This document shows, in pieces, positions 36,746-46,295 of a DNA stretch of 54,122 nt (position 1 is the stretch's first letter; every line of letters begins with the position of its first letter). The position numbers and the translations under genes are program-made. The DNA is taken from the NCBI GenBank assembly GCA_001782165.1, contig MFNV01000009.1:1-54122 (forward strand). The letters are read 5' to 3'. This DNA is from Candidatus Levybacteria bacterium RIFCSPHIGHO2_01_FULL_41_15 (GTDB taxonomy: Bacteria; Patescibacteriota; Microgenomatia; Levybacterales; UBA12049). The notes below the pieces were generated by a model. The model was not told the DNA's origin. It searched no databases and saw only the letters and a list, made by a program, of their open reading frames with translations.

Positions 36746-38413
36746 TTAAACTTCAATCACAACTGGAAGCACAAGAGGACGCCTGTTTAAATGTCTGAGA
36801 ACTGATTTTTCCGCAATCTCTCCGACTCTTTTCCTTATATAAGTCCAGTCGGTAACTCTTCCTCTTTTTTGTGAGAAAGAATTTCTTATGTCTTTGGAAA
36901 CTTTTTGGCTGGCTAGTTTTGCCTCAGAAACAGAAAGGGCCCTTGAGATTATAGTTGGTGTTTCTGTCATCTGTCCGGTTGAGCTGTCAATTTCGGCAAG
37001 AACTATTATTACTCCCTCTTTTGAAATTTTTTGTCTGTCTCTTAAGACATAAGTTTCAACCTCTTCTCCTGAGATCTCATCGACGTAAATATTTTTGGTT
37101 GGGATTTTCCTTCCGATAACCGCACTGCCGGACTTTGAAAAAACTATCTCGTCTCCATTTTCAACAATGAATATGTCTCTATCAAGAAATCCCTGTTTGA
37201 ACGCAAGATTTTTATAGGCGACCATCTGCCGATAAGTTCCTCCGATTGGGACAAGTTTGCGGGGTCTTACCATCTCCATAAGAAGCATAAGGTCGTCTGA
37301 GGAACCATGTCCTGAAACATGAAATTCATCTGTAAGCTGAGAGTAAATTACCTTTGCCCCTTTCTTTGATAGACTGTCTATCATAGAGTTTATTGATATT
37401 TCATTGCCGGGAATTGGATCTGCAGAAAAAACAACCATATCGTTTGGAGAAATAGAAATTTCCCGATGCTCTCCATTGGCAATTCTTGACAAGGCAGAAT
37501 TTTCCTGCCCCTGGCTTCCTGCAACAAGAAGAAGCAATTCCCTACCCTTATATCTTCTTGCTTCAGGAAAACTTACCTCCATTCCTTTCTCAAGATTCAT
37601 ATATCCTAGCTTTTGAGCAATGCTTGCCGCCGTTATTAAAGAACGCCCAACAAATACCACTTTTCTCCCCAATTTTCTTGCCGCTGCGATCGCCTGATTG
37701 AGCCTTGAAATGTTTGACGAGTAGGTTGTAAGAATAAACTTACCCTGACAATCCCTCATCTCTTCCTCTATATTTTGAGCCAAAACCTGCTCTGATCTTG
37801 TAAATCCTTCTTTCTCTGCGCGAAGACAGTCAGACATAAGACACATAACTTTCTGCATGGACACTTTTGCGATTTTTTCAAAATCAGTTTTCTTGCCGTC
37901 AAAAGGTGTTAGATCAAACTTAAAATCACTTGCATGATAAAAATTCCCCAGAGGTGTCTTTATAAAAATATGAGAGCTGTCAGGAATCGAGTGAGTTACT
38001 CTTATAAAAGAAACGGTGAAACTGCCAAGCTTAAATTCGGAAGTTCCATAGTCAACTGTCTCAACCCTTTTGGCGACTCCATATTCTTTCAGTTTTTCAT
38101 TTGCAAGCCCTGCGGTCAAAGCTCCTCCGAGGACTGGAAAATTTTCTCCTTTGGCAATAAGCTGGGGGAGAATAAAAGGAAGCGCTCCGATATGGTCCTC
38201 GTGTCCATGCGTCAAAACAATTCCTCTAATTTTCTTCCCCGAGGATAAAATATAAGAAATATCAGGAAGAAGAAGATCAACTCCAAGGGTCGTTTCATCC
38301 GCAAATCCCAAACCACAGTCAATAATAAGAATCTCATCCTTATATTCATAAAGGTACATATTTTTGGTAACATCCCCTATTCCTCCAAGGGCTATAAATG
38401 AAACTTTATCCAT
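36746..38413 (-). CDS. rnj: ribonuclease J
   Basis: THGHEDHIG, HSIPD, IPGNE and HVSGHG motifs. Confidence 0.97.
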   Translation of the reverse strand: MDKVSFIALGGIGDVTKNMYLYEYKDEILIIDCGLGFADETTLGVDLLLPDISYILSSGKKIRGIVLTHGHEDHIGALPFILPQLIAKGENFPVLGGALTAGLANEKLKEYGVAKRVETVDYGTSEFKLGSFTVSFIRVTHSIPDSSHIFIKTPLGNFYHASDFKFDLTPFDGKKTDFEKIAKVSMQKVMCLMSDCLRAEKEGFTRSEQVLAQNIEEEMRDCQGKFILTTYSSNISRLNQAIAAARKLGRKVVFVGRSLITAASIAQKLGYMNLEKGMEVSFPEARRYKGRELLLLVAGSQGQENSALSRIANGEHREISISPNDMVVFSADPIPGNEISINSMIDSLSKKGAKVIYSQLTDEFHVSGHGSSDDLMLLMEMVRPRKLVPIGGTYRQMVAYKNLAFKQGFLDRDIFIVENGDEIVFSKSGSAVIGRKIPTKNIYVDEISGEEVETYVLRDRQKISKEGVIIVLAEIDSSTGQMTETPTIISRALSVSEAKLASQKVSKDIRNSFSQKRGRVTDWTYIRKRVGEIAEKSVLRHLNRRPLVLPVVIEV

Positions 38414-38420
38414 AAGATTT

Positions 38421-38596
38421 AAATTATAAATTCAAAACACCAAATCCCAAATAAATTCCAATTTTCAAAAATCAAATTCCAAACCGCTTTGAATTTTGGT
38501 TATTTGAATTTAGAATTATTTGATATTTGTCCCGCTGGTAGTTTCCAGTCGGGATCCCGCAATTGCGGTGATTATTTTGGATTTGTGATTTTTTTA
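38421..38596. repeat. heptamer-period inverted repeat element with GC-rich hairpins inserted
   Basis: aaattat-aaattca-aaacacc-aaatccc-aaataaattcc...; contains cccgctgg...ccagtcggg and ccgcaattgcgg at 38531-38568. Confidence 0.8.
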
Positions 38597-39667
38597 TCAT
38601 GTTGGCAGAAATTGTTTGTAATTTTCCGATGTTATGTGTATATAACTTTCCTGAGAAACTTTTCCTTCGACAAAAAGTCTTGCGGTCTTTCTGCAAACTC
38701 CTTCTATGGTTCGCTCCAAACTTCTTATTCCCGCATCAAAACCCAAAGGTCTTATTATGAATGGCCAGACAGATTCATCAATAACAAGCTTCCTTTCGGG
38801 AAGTCCGTTTTGGGATCTTATTTTGGGGAAAAGATAATTTTTGGCAATTTCCATTTTTTCTTGATCTGTGTAAGAAGGCATTTGTACTACCTCAAGTCTG
38901 TCCAAAACCGCCGTTGAGATATTTGTAGTATTGTTTGCGGTTGACACGAATAAAACATGAGAAAGATCAAAAGGATAATCTATATAATGATCTGTGAATG
39001 CCTGGTTCTGCTCAGGATCCAGTAGCTCTACCAAAACACCCATAATATCTGACCTTGCTGCTTCGGTTACTCTATCAAGTTCATCAAGGAGTATAACGGG
39101 ATTTCTTGTTTTTGCATTAACAACTTTTTTAATTATTGCCCCGGGTTCCGCATCAGCAAAGGATCGCGATTGTCCACGAAGGGCGCGGGCGTCCCCCATG
39201 CCGCCAAGAGGAATTCTTTCAAATTTTCTCCCCAAAGCTTCTGCAATCGAATAAGCCAGGGTAGTTTTACCCGTTCCCACGAGTCCTACCAAACACAGGA
39301 TTGGAGCCCTAATTACTCCTTCGGATGTATTATTCTGCATTGTCAAAATTATTGAGGAAAGATATTCCAAAATTCTGTTTTTTACACTTTCAAGGCCATA
39401 GTGATTTTTATCAAGTACCTGCTTTGCGTTGTTTAGATCCAAAATATCTTTTGTTTCATTTGAAAAAGGAAGAAATGTCACCCAATTAACATAAGAGGAG
39501 ACATTTTCAAAATTTATAAAAGAGACGCTCCCCGTTTTTACGCTTGCCCTAAGCAAATTTATCATTCCCCCAACCTTATCCAAAAGCTCAGAAGGTAGAT
39601 TTGCCTGTTTTACCTTCTCTTCAAGTTTTTGAATCTGACCCTCCAATGATGAAGCAGTAACATCCAT
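38597..39667 (-). CDS. Lon-like AAA+ protein lacking the N-terminal and protease domains
   Basis: HYGLESVKNRILEY, GLVGTGKT, NPVILLDELD, LLDPEQN and FDLSHV motifs; ends after the ATPase helical domain. Start ATG 39667. Confidence 0.88.
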   Translation of the reverse strand: MDVTASSLEGQIQKLEEKVKQANLPSELLDKVGGMINLLRASVKTGSVSFINFENVSSYVNWVTFLPFSNETKDILDLNNAKQVLDKNHYGLESVKNRILEYLSSIILTMQNNTSEGVIRAPILCLVGLVGTGKTTLAYSIAEALGRKFERIPLGGMGDARALRGQSRSFADAEPGAIIKKVVNAKTRNPVILLDELDRVTEAARSDIMGVLVELLDPEQNQAFTDHYIDYPFDLSHVLFVSTANNTTNISTAVLDRLEVVQMPSYTDQEKMEIAKNYLFPKIRSQNGLPERKLVIDESVWPFIIRPLGFDAGIRSLERTIEGVCRKTARLFVEGKVSQESYIHITSENYKQFLPT

Positions 39668-39711
39668 GATTACATAATACAAAAATAATGAAGCCACGTA
39701 AACTATGGGAA

Positions 39712-42060
39712 TTAATATGTGTCTTTTCTGAAACGTGGTCTTCTCGGAGGAAAGTTCCTTCTACCGCTTTTCTCTTCTCTTTCTCTTTTGAATTGCCTTG
39801 ATAGGGGGTGCTCTTCTCTTTCTCTTCTTGGAAAATCCTTATCATGTCTTTGAAAATCTCCTCGCATGCGTCTTGCCGGTCTTTGAATTTGCCCTGATTG
39901 AGTTGGGATTGCCCCTGTCATCGGCGGGGTTGAATCTTCGGGTTGTCTACCTCCTTTTTCCTGAAACTTCATTGAAAGATTTATTCTCCCCTGTTCATCT
40001 ATTTCCATTACCCTTACTTTTACTTTTTGTCCTATTGATACTACATCGGCGGGATTCTTAACAAATCCTTCTGCCATTTGAGAAACATGAACCATTCCTT
40101 CTTTGCCGGGAAGAATTTCTACAAATGCTCCAAAGGGAAGAATTCTTTTTACTTCTCCTTCAAATTCTTCTCCTGCCTTTACCTCCCTTGTTAGAGCCTC
40201 GATCCAATGAACTGCTTTCCCGACAGCTTCCTCCGAAGTCCCTGATACAGCAACAGAGCCATCGTCCTCAACATCAACAGTAGCACCAGTCTGAGCAATT
40301 ATATTTCTTATGGTTTTTCCTCCGGGTCCGATAAGCTCTCCGATTTTTTCAACAGGAATATAAATCATCTCAATTTTTGGAGCATATTTTGATACTTCTG
40401 TTCTTGACTTTGGCATTACAGAAAGCATCTTCTCAAGAATAAAAAGGCGGGCTTTCTTTGATTTTTCAAAAACCTCTTTGATCTGATTAAGAGTTAAGCC
40501 GGGAATCTTCACATCAAGCTGTATCCCGGTTATTCCTACATCTGACCCTGCAACTTTAAAATCCATATCTCCAGAAAAATCCTCAAGACCTAGAATATCC
40601 GTCAGGATTACATATTTAGAATCGTCTGACATCAGTCCCATTGCAATTCCCGCAATAGAATTTACGATAGGAACACCTGCATCCATAAGAGCAAGGGTTG
40701 ATCCGCAGGCTGACGCCATAGAAGTAGAGCCGTTTGATGAAAGAACTTCTGAAACTACCCTTATTGTATAGGGGAAAAGTTCCTGTTTGGGAATGACCGG
40801 CAGAAGCGCCCGCTCTGCAAGAGCACCGTGGCCAATTTCTCGCCTTGTTGGATAGCCAATCCTTCCTGTTTCACCGACCGAATACGGAGGCATGGAATAA
40901 TGATGCATATAAGTCTTAACTTCCTCTCCCTCTGCCGATTCTACCAGTTGCTCAAGCTTTGGAGAACCAAGCGTGACAACTGTAAGAACCTGAGTTTCTC
41001 CTCTTTGAAATACTGCAGATCCATGAGTTCTTGGCAAAACAGAAACCTTAGAGCTAATTTCTCGAATATCATCCGCCTTTCTTCCGTCAGGTCTTTTTCC
41101 CTTTTTAAGAATGTCCTCTCTTATAATCTTAAAAAGTACTGTCTCAATTCCTTGCGAGATGAGTTTTTTATCAAGCGGGTTTTGTGGATCTTCCAGTTTC
41201 ATCTGTTCAAATATTTTACCAACGAGGTCCTCAGTTTCTGATCCCGTTGACTCCTTGCCCAACCTTGTTTGAACAAGAGAACTTACCTCATCTTTATATT
41301 CTGTTTGAATCTTTGAAATTAGTTGGGAAAGAGCAACATTCGGGCTAACGATCTCTTTTTTCCTGCCTGCCTTTTTTACAAGATCCTCGATAAGAGCAAT
41401 TACCTTTTTATTTTCGGCATGGGCTTTTCCTATTGCCTCCAAGACTATATCTTCGGGAACTTGTCTTCCCTCTCCCTCAATCATTACGGTTTTTTCTTTT
41501 GTTTGGGTCGCAATAAGATCAAGCTCTGATAATTCAACTTCTGCAGCGCCCGGATTTACAATAAACTCCTTATTGCCGTTGCCTTTTTCCAAAACATACC
41601 CCATTCGAACGGCTGAGACCGGACCGTTCCATGGAACAGAAGATATGCTTAAAGCGGCAGATGTTGCGATAATTGAAAGAATATCAGGTTCATTCTCGCC
41701 ATCCACCGAGAGTACCGTTATGACAACTTGAACCTCTTTCTTAAAGTCCTTTGGAAAAAGCGGTCTTATGGATCTATCGATAAGTCTTGCCGTCAGGATT
41801 GCCTCATCGCTTGGTCTTCCTTCTCTTTTTACCCAACGGCTCCCCTTTATCCGACCTCCTGCATAAAGTCTCTCAACATATTCAACAGTCAGAGGAAAAT
41901 AATCAATGTCTTCCCTCACCTGCCCGACAACCAAAGTTGAGAGAACCATCGTATCTCCAAGACGGGCTAGAATTGAAGATGTAGCTTGTTTGGCAAGTTC
42001 TCCTGTCTCAAGTGTTAAGAGAGTTTCTGCCAGTTCTATACTTTTTGAGGTTTTTTCCAT
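39712..42060 (-). CDS. pnp: polyribonucleotide nucleotidyltransferase
   Basis: RLIDRSIRP, RREIGHG, SNGSTSMAS and GDMDFKVAG motifs; KH and S1 domains. Confidence 0.99.
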   Translation of the reverse strand: MEKTSKSIELAETLLTLETGELAKQATSSILARLGDTMVLSTLVVGQVREDIDYFPLTVEYVERLYAGGRIKGSRWVKREGRPSDEAILTARLIDRSIRPLFPKDFKKEVQVVITVLSVDGENEPDILSIIATSAALSISSVPWNGPVSAVRMGYVLEKGNGNKEFIVNPGAAEVELSELDLIATQTKEKTVMIEGEGRQVPEDIVLEAIGKAHAENKKVIALIEDLVKKAGRKKEIVSPNVALSQLISKIQTEYKDEVSSLVQTRLGKESTGSETEDLVGKIFEQMKLEDPQNPLDKKLISQGIETVLFKIIREDILKKGKRPDGRKADDIREISSKVSVLPRTHGSAVFQRGETQVLTVVTLGSPKLEQLVESAEGEEVKTYMHHYSMPPYSVGETGRIGYPTRREIGHGALAERALLPVIPKQELFPYTIRVVSEVLSSNGSTSMASACGSTLALMDAGVPIVNSIAGIAMGLMSDDSKYVILTDILGLEDFSGDMDFKVAGSDVGITGIQLDVKIPGLTLNQIKEVFEKSKKARLFILEKMLSVMPKSRTEVSKYAPKIEMIYIPVEKIGELIGPGGKTIRNIIAQTGATVDVEDDGSVAVSGTSEEAVGKAVHWIEALTREVKAGEEFEGEVKRILPFGAFVEILPGKEGMVHVSQMAEGFVKNPADVVSIGQKVKVRVMEIDEQGRINLSMKFQEKGGRQPEDSTPPMTGAIPTQSGQIQRPARRMRGDFQRHDKDFPRREREEHPLSRQFKREREEKSGRRNFPPRRPRFRKDTY

Positions 42061-42329
42061 TAATCTTTAAGGCTTAAATCCTTTGCAATTGAAGAGTAAC
42101 GCTTCTTATCAACGCTTTTTAAAAAATTGACAAGTCTCCTTCTTTTGGCGATCATCGATAAAAGTCCGCGTCTTGAATGGGTGTCATGAATATGCGCTTT
42201 GAGATGGTCTGTGAGTTTACCGATTCTATTGGAAAGAAGAGCAATCTGAACTTCAGGACTTCCGGTATCTCCTTCTGTCGTCTGATATTTTTTGATTATT
42301 TCCTGCTTTTGATCTGATGTAAGCGGCAT
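42060..42329 (-). CDS. rpsO: 30S ribosomal protein S15
   Basis: [10 protein letters not shown] and HDTHSRRGL motifs. Confidence 0.99.
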   Translation of the reverse strand: MPLTSDQKQEIIKKYQTTEGDTGSPEVQIALLSNRIGKLTDHLKAHIHDTHSRRGLLSMIAKRRRLVNFLKSVDKKRYSSIAKDLSLKD

Positions 42330-42402
42330 AGTTAGTAATTATATCAATTTTTACATTGGCTCTCAATAAGGAAAATCGAGGTGAATTGTTAAATGTAAAT
42401 TG

Positions 42403-43410
42403 TTAAATATTCGTTGAGCCTTTGTAGATTTTGGGTGTCAGCCAATCAACCGGCGGATTTTTTCCCTGCTTGCCCTGAGCTTGTCGAAGGGTTTTACCTT
42501 GCCCCCCGCCCGCCTGCTCACCTCGGCTCGTCGAAGTAGGTTGGACAGGCCAGACAGATTGATCCCTTCTGTCAAATCTCTGTTCTTGTCTTAAATCTTG
42601 TCTTGTTTCTTGTTTTTGAGAAGTTTTAGGAGAAAATATCGAAGCCTCTTCCCCTGAAATTTCATCAGTCCTCTTAAAAGACCTTACAGCACCCTTTTTG
42701 ATAAGCTCTCCTGCCATTTCAAATGCAAGGGGGCTTGTTTTTGCATTTTGAAAGTTATCTGTGGCTTTCTCAATCCCGATTAAAAGATTCTGCGCCGTGT
42801 CTATATCGATAGGAAGACCAAGGGAAATTATAAGATCTGCAATCTTCTCTGAAATTGAAGAATTATCTGGAGAAACAATTGCTATGTCTCCAAATCCCTG
42901 ATTATCAGCTTTGTTATCAATATTTATAACTTGGGTATCTTTAAGAGCCTGAGGATCAAATATCCTTTCAAGATCAGAAAGTCTTGGGGTTCCAATAACA
43001 AAAAGAAGCGTTGGATATCCCTCAGATCTTTTAAAGGCGACGTCCCTTTCTGAGAATGAAAGTCCTTCCTCGCCCGGCTTTACTATGATATTCAAGAAAC
43101 CATTCTCTAGTGTATAAGAAATTTTATCTATTTCCCCTTCTTTATAGGGAAAGGAAACTACCATATCTCCTCCCCCCCCGTCAAAATTATTCTTTACCTT
43201 ATCAATTCCAACTAGCCTTGAATGCTCAACCAAAGCTTCAGTTGGGCAGACAACACTGACATTTTTGTTCTCGCTTTGAAGCACAAGATACAAAGAAAGG
43301 GCAGATGCCATCTCATCCACTCCAGGGTTCTTACCGACAGCTATACCGATAATGGCATTCTTATCGATAAGATCTCTAAGTTGATTTGGAAATCTATTAT
43401 CCATATTCAA
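42403..43410 (-). CDS. degenerate DHH-family (NrnA-like) protein
   Basis: NPGVDEMASA, VINIDNK, LLIGIEKATDNF; canonical DHH motif absent; located after infB. Confidence 0.75.
   Translation of the reverse strand: MNMDNRFPNQLRDLIDKNAIIGIAVGKNPGVDEMASALSLYLVLQSENKNVSVVCPTEALVEHSRLVGIDKVKNNFDGGGGDMVVSFPYKEGEIDKISYTLENGFLNIIVKPGEEGLSFSERDVAFKRSEGYPTLLFVIGTPRLSDLERIFDPQALKDTQVINIDNKADNQGFGDIAIVSPDNSSISEKIADLIISLGLPIDIDTAQNLLIGIEKATDNFQNAKTSPLAFEMAGELIKKGAVRSFKRTDEISGEEASIFSPKTSQKQETRQDLRQEQRFDRRDQSVWPVQPTSTSRGEQAGGGQGKTLRQAQGKQGKNPPVDWLTPKIYKGSTNI
42470..42550. repeat. cluster of REP-like elements in the C-terminal coding region
   Basis: ccctgagcttgtcgaaggg at 42473-42491 plus a 42-bp element at 42509-42550. 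Confidence 0.8.
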
Positions 43411-43412
43411 AT

Positions 43413-44960
43413 TTAACCATGCGATATTAACATATCTCCTATAGTAAAGTCAAGAAAAGGAGATACGATTATCCCTGCTTCATTTCCTTTTTCAGCCTTT
43501 GATATTGGATTTTTTCCTTGCCGCAAGGAGACAACTGCAGTCTCTCCCAAAATTTCGTCATTTCTGACAAGTCTTACCTTATCTCCTTTTGCCATTCGCC
43601 CGTCTGTAATCGTAACACCCATGACTTTAGTCTTTTCATAAGGAAAAGAGGCGACAATTTTAGCTATTCCAAGAATTTCTTCCTCCATAGAAAGTTTTCT
43701 GCCTTCAAGTACGTCTTTTATTTCATCTATGAGTTCATAAATTAAATTGTAATTCTTAAGAAGAACTTTTTCGGTTCTTGCAAGTTTTAGGATTTCAGGT
43801 TTTAATTTTGTGTTAAATCCTATAACAAGTGCTCCGGTTGATTTTGCAAGAATAATATCGGCGGGAGTAATCTCTCCTGTTTTTTTATGGATAACATTTA
43901 TTTGCCCGGGAAGAGCATTTAAGATCGCCTCAAGTGACCCAAATGTATCCGCACAAAGAATCACAGAGAGAAGATGGGTATCGTCTTGGGCTAATGCTGT
44001 AGTTGCTGGTATAGTTTGACGTTTGGCGTTTGACGCAACGGGCTGTAATACCGAATAACCTTTACCCGATTCCTTGTGAGAAACCCCAGCCCCTTTCTTT
44101 TTTACTATTGAACCTACTGCCGGTGCCTTTTCAAATCCCAAAACTTCAACTGGCTCGCCGATCGTGACACTCTCAAGTCTTCTCCCATTTAAGTCATTCA
44201 AACTTTTTACCCTTCCCGATATGCCTTCTGAGACTATCTCATCCCGAATTCTTATGGTTCCGTTTTTGATAACAATTGTTGCAAGAGGTCCTCTTCTTAT
44301 ATCCTGTTTTGAATCAATTACAACTGCTTGAAACTCTCCTTGAGAGCTTTGCCGTGCGTCGCCGAAGGATTTGACGGCGGCGCGGGTTTTATTTTCGGAT
44401 TTAAGTTCATCAACCAAAAGAATCAAACTTAAAAGTTCTTTTATGTTGGTGTTTGTCTTTGCAGAAATTTCTATTATAGGCACATCGCCCCCATAACCTT
44501 CAAGAGCTATCCCCTCCTTCATAAGCTCTCCTTTTACCTTTTCGGGATTTTTTTCGGGCAAATCGGATTTGGTCAACACCACAATAAAGGGGATTTTGGA
44601 GGATTTAAGGACATGAATGCTTTCCTTTGTCTGAGGCATTACCCCGTCAACAGAGGAAACAACAAGAAGCCCGATGTCGGCTGCCATCCCCCCTCTTTCT
44701 CTCATTTTCGGAAATGCTTCGTGTCCCGGAGTATCTATAAAAGTTATGCTTCTAATCTTTCCTTCATTGACGAATTCTATCTTTGAGGCTCCTATGGATT
44801 GGGTTATCCCTCCATGTTCTTTTGAAGCGATATTGGTTTTCCTTATTGCATCTAAAAGGGTAGTTTTCCCATGATCAACATGACCCAATAGGGTTACTAC
44901 GGGAGTGAATATCCGAATAGAAAGGGTTTGTTTTGATAAATTTCTTTTTTGCTTATCCAT
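43413..44960 (-). CDS. infB: translation initiation factor IF-2 (short N-terminus)
   Basis: [22 protein letters not shown] and GVMPQT motifs. Confidence 0.97.
   Translation of the reverse strand: MDKQKRNLSKQTLSIRIFTPVVTLLGHVDHGKTTLLDAIRKTNIASKEHGGITQSIGASKIEFVNEGKIRSITFIDTPGHEAFPKMRERGGMAADIGLLVVSSVDGVMPQTKESIHVLKSSKIPFIVVLTKSDLPEKNPEKVKGELMKEGIALEGYGGDVPIIEISAKTNTNIKELLSLILLVDELKSENKTRAAVKSFGDARQSSQGEFQAVVIDSKQDIRRGPLATIVIKNGTIRIRDEIVSEGISGRVKSLNDLNGRRLESVTIGEPVEVLGFEKAPAVGSIVKKKGAGVSHKESGKGYSVLQPVASNAKRQTIPATTALAQDDTHLLSVILCADTFGSLEAILNALPGQINVIHKKTGEITPADIILAKSTGALVIGFNTKLKPEILKLARTEKVLLKNYNLIYELIDEIKDVLEGRKLSMEEEILGIAKIVASFPYEKTKVMGVTITDGRMAKGDKVRLVRNDEILGETAVVSLRQGKNPISKAEKGNEAGIIVSPFLDFTIGDMLISHG
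44352..44386. repeat. GC-rich hairpin in the infB linker
   Basis: gcgtcgccg-aaggatttga-cggcggcgc. Confidence 0.65.
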
Positions 44961-44969
44961 ATATTTTTA

Positions 44970-45027
44970 AAATTCCAAATTATAATATCTAAATCCCAAA
45001 TAAATTCCAATTTAAAAATTCCAAACT
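44970..45027. repeat. left half of a heptamer-period element
   Basis: aaattcc-aaattat-aatatct-aaatccc-aaataaattcc-aatttaa-aaattcc-aaact. Confidence 0.75.
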
Positions 45028-45039
45028 TCTTAAACATAA

Positions 45040-46227
45040 TTATTCGGAAGTCTTTTGGGATTTTCCTTTATCTACCTTTTTTTTCTTCCTCTTTATTCGC
45101 GAGACGGAGGCGATCTGTCCATTCTCGGGTGAACTGAAAGTCGATTTACTATTTTCTTTTTGATCTTCTTTCACTTGCGGTATTTCATCTTGTTTATCTT
45201 CTAATTTTAGACTAGATGGTTTCTCTTCATTTTTAATTTCATTTTCTTCCCCCTTGCCCTCCAAAACTTTAGTGTCGGAGGGTTCTCCCTCTATCTCAAT
45301 CCTATAACCTGTCAGCTTTGATGCAAGTCTTACATTCTGACCATCTCGCCCAATAGCAAGAGGTAATTCTTCGGCCGGCACAAAAACATGGGCAGTCTTG
45401 TCCTCCTCAGAAACCTCCACCTTCACATTCTTAGCAGGCGAGAGTGCCTGCGCTATAAATTCTTTCGAATCCTCCTGCCATTGAACTATGTCAATTTTCT
45501 CAAATCCTGCAAATTCCTGAATTATTGCCTGGACTCTTACTCCCTTTTGCCCAACGCAGCTTCCCACAGGATCTATTCCCGATTGCCCAGAAAAGACTGC
45601 AACCTTGCTTCGTGAACCCGCCTCTCTTGCAATAACTTTTATAACAACACTTCCCTGTGCCACCTCAGGAACTTCACGTCTAAATAGTCCCTCCAAAAGA
45701 CCGTTGTTTGCTCGTGAAACAATAAGCTCTTCTCCTTTAAGTCCTTCTCTTATTTCCAAAAGATAAACTGCAAGTCTTTGATTTAAATGATACCTTTCGC
45801 TGGGAATCTGCTCAGAAGGAGGCATTATGGCCTCGGTTTTGCCTACATCAACAATCATATTTGGACCTGCAAACCTTAGGATCATTCCGTTCATAACTGT
45901 CCCAATCCTCATTTTATAATCTGACATTATTGCTTCTTTTTCTTTTTCTCTAATTTTTTGAAGAATTACCTGCTTGGCGGTCTGAGCTGCAATTCGACCA
46001 AACCCCGGAGGAGTTACATCCTTATCCTTAAGAAAAATTTTTGCTTCACCCGTATTTGCATCAAGCTCTGCTCTATATTCCTCTACCTCAACTTCGGGAT
46101 GATCTTTCTTATAAGCTGCGAGAATTGCATTTTTTACAGTATCCAAAACCACAGAAATATCAACGCCGCGCTCATTGGCGACTTGATTTAATGCGAGTGA
46201 AAATTCACTTCTCTGCAATGCCGGCAT
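45040..46227 (-). CDS. nusA: transcription termination factor NusA
   Basis: FGRIAAQTAKQ, EVPEV, GSCVGQKG and AIGRDGQNVRLA motifs. ATG 46227 lies 8 nt after TATACT. Confidence 0.98.
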   Translation of the reverse strand: MPALQRSEFSLALNQVANERGVDISVVLDTVKNAILAAYKKDHPEVEVEEYRAELDANTGEAKIFLKDKDVTPPGFGRIAAQTAKQVILQKIREKEKEAIMSDYKMRIGTVMNGMILRFAGPNMIVDVGKTEAIMPPSEQIPSERYHLNQRLAVYLLEIREGLKGEELIVSRANNGLLEGLFRREVPEVAQGSVVIKVIAREAGSRSKVAVFSGQSGIDPVGSCVGQKGVRVQAIIQEFAGFEKIDIVQWQEDSKEFIAQALSPAKNVKVEVSEEDKTAHVFVPAEELPLAIGRDGQNVRLASKLTGYRIEIEGEPSDTKVLEGKGEENEIKNEEKPSSLKLEDKQDEIPQVKEDQKENSKSTFSSPENGQIASVSRIKRKKKKVDKGKSQKTSE

Positions 46228-46295
46228 AGGCAAACAGTATACCAAAATAACCACCAACCTTCAACGGTTGACTATCAAATTATTGAATTGTTTTC

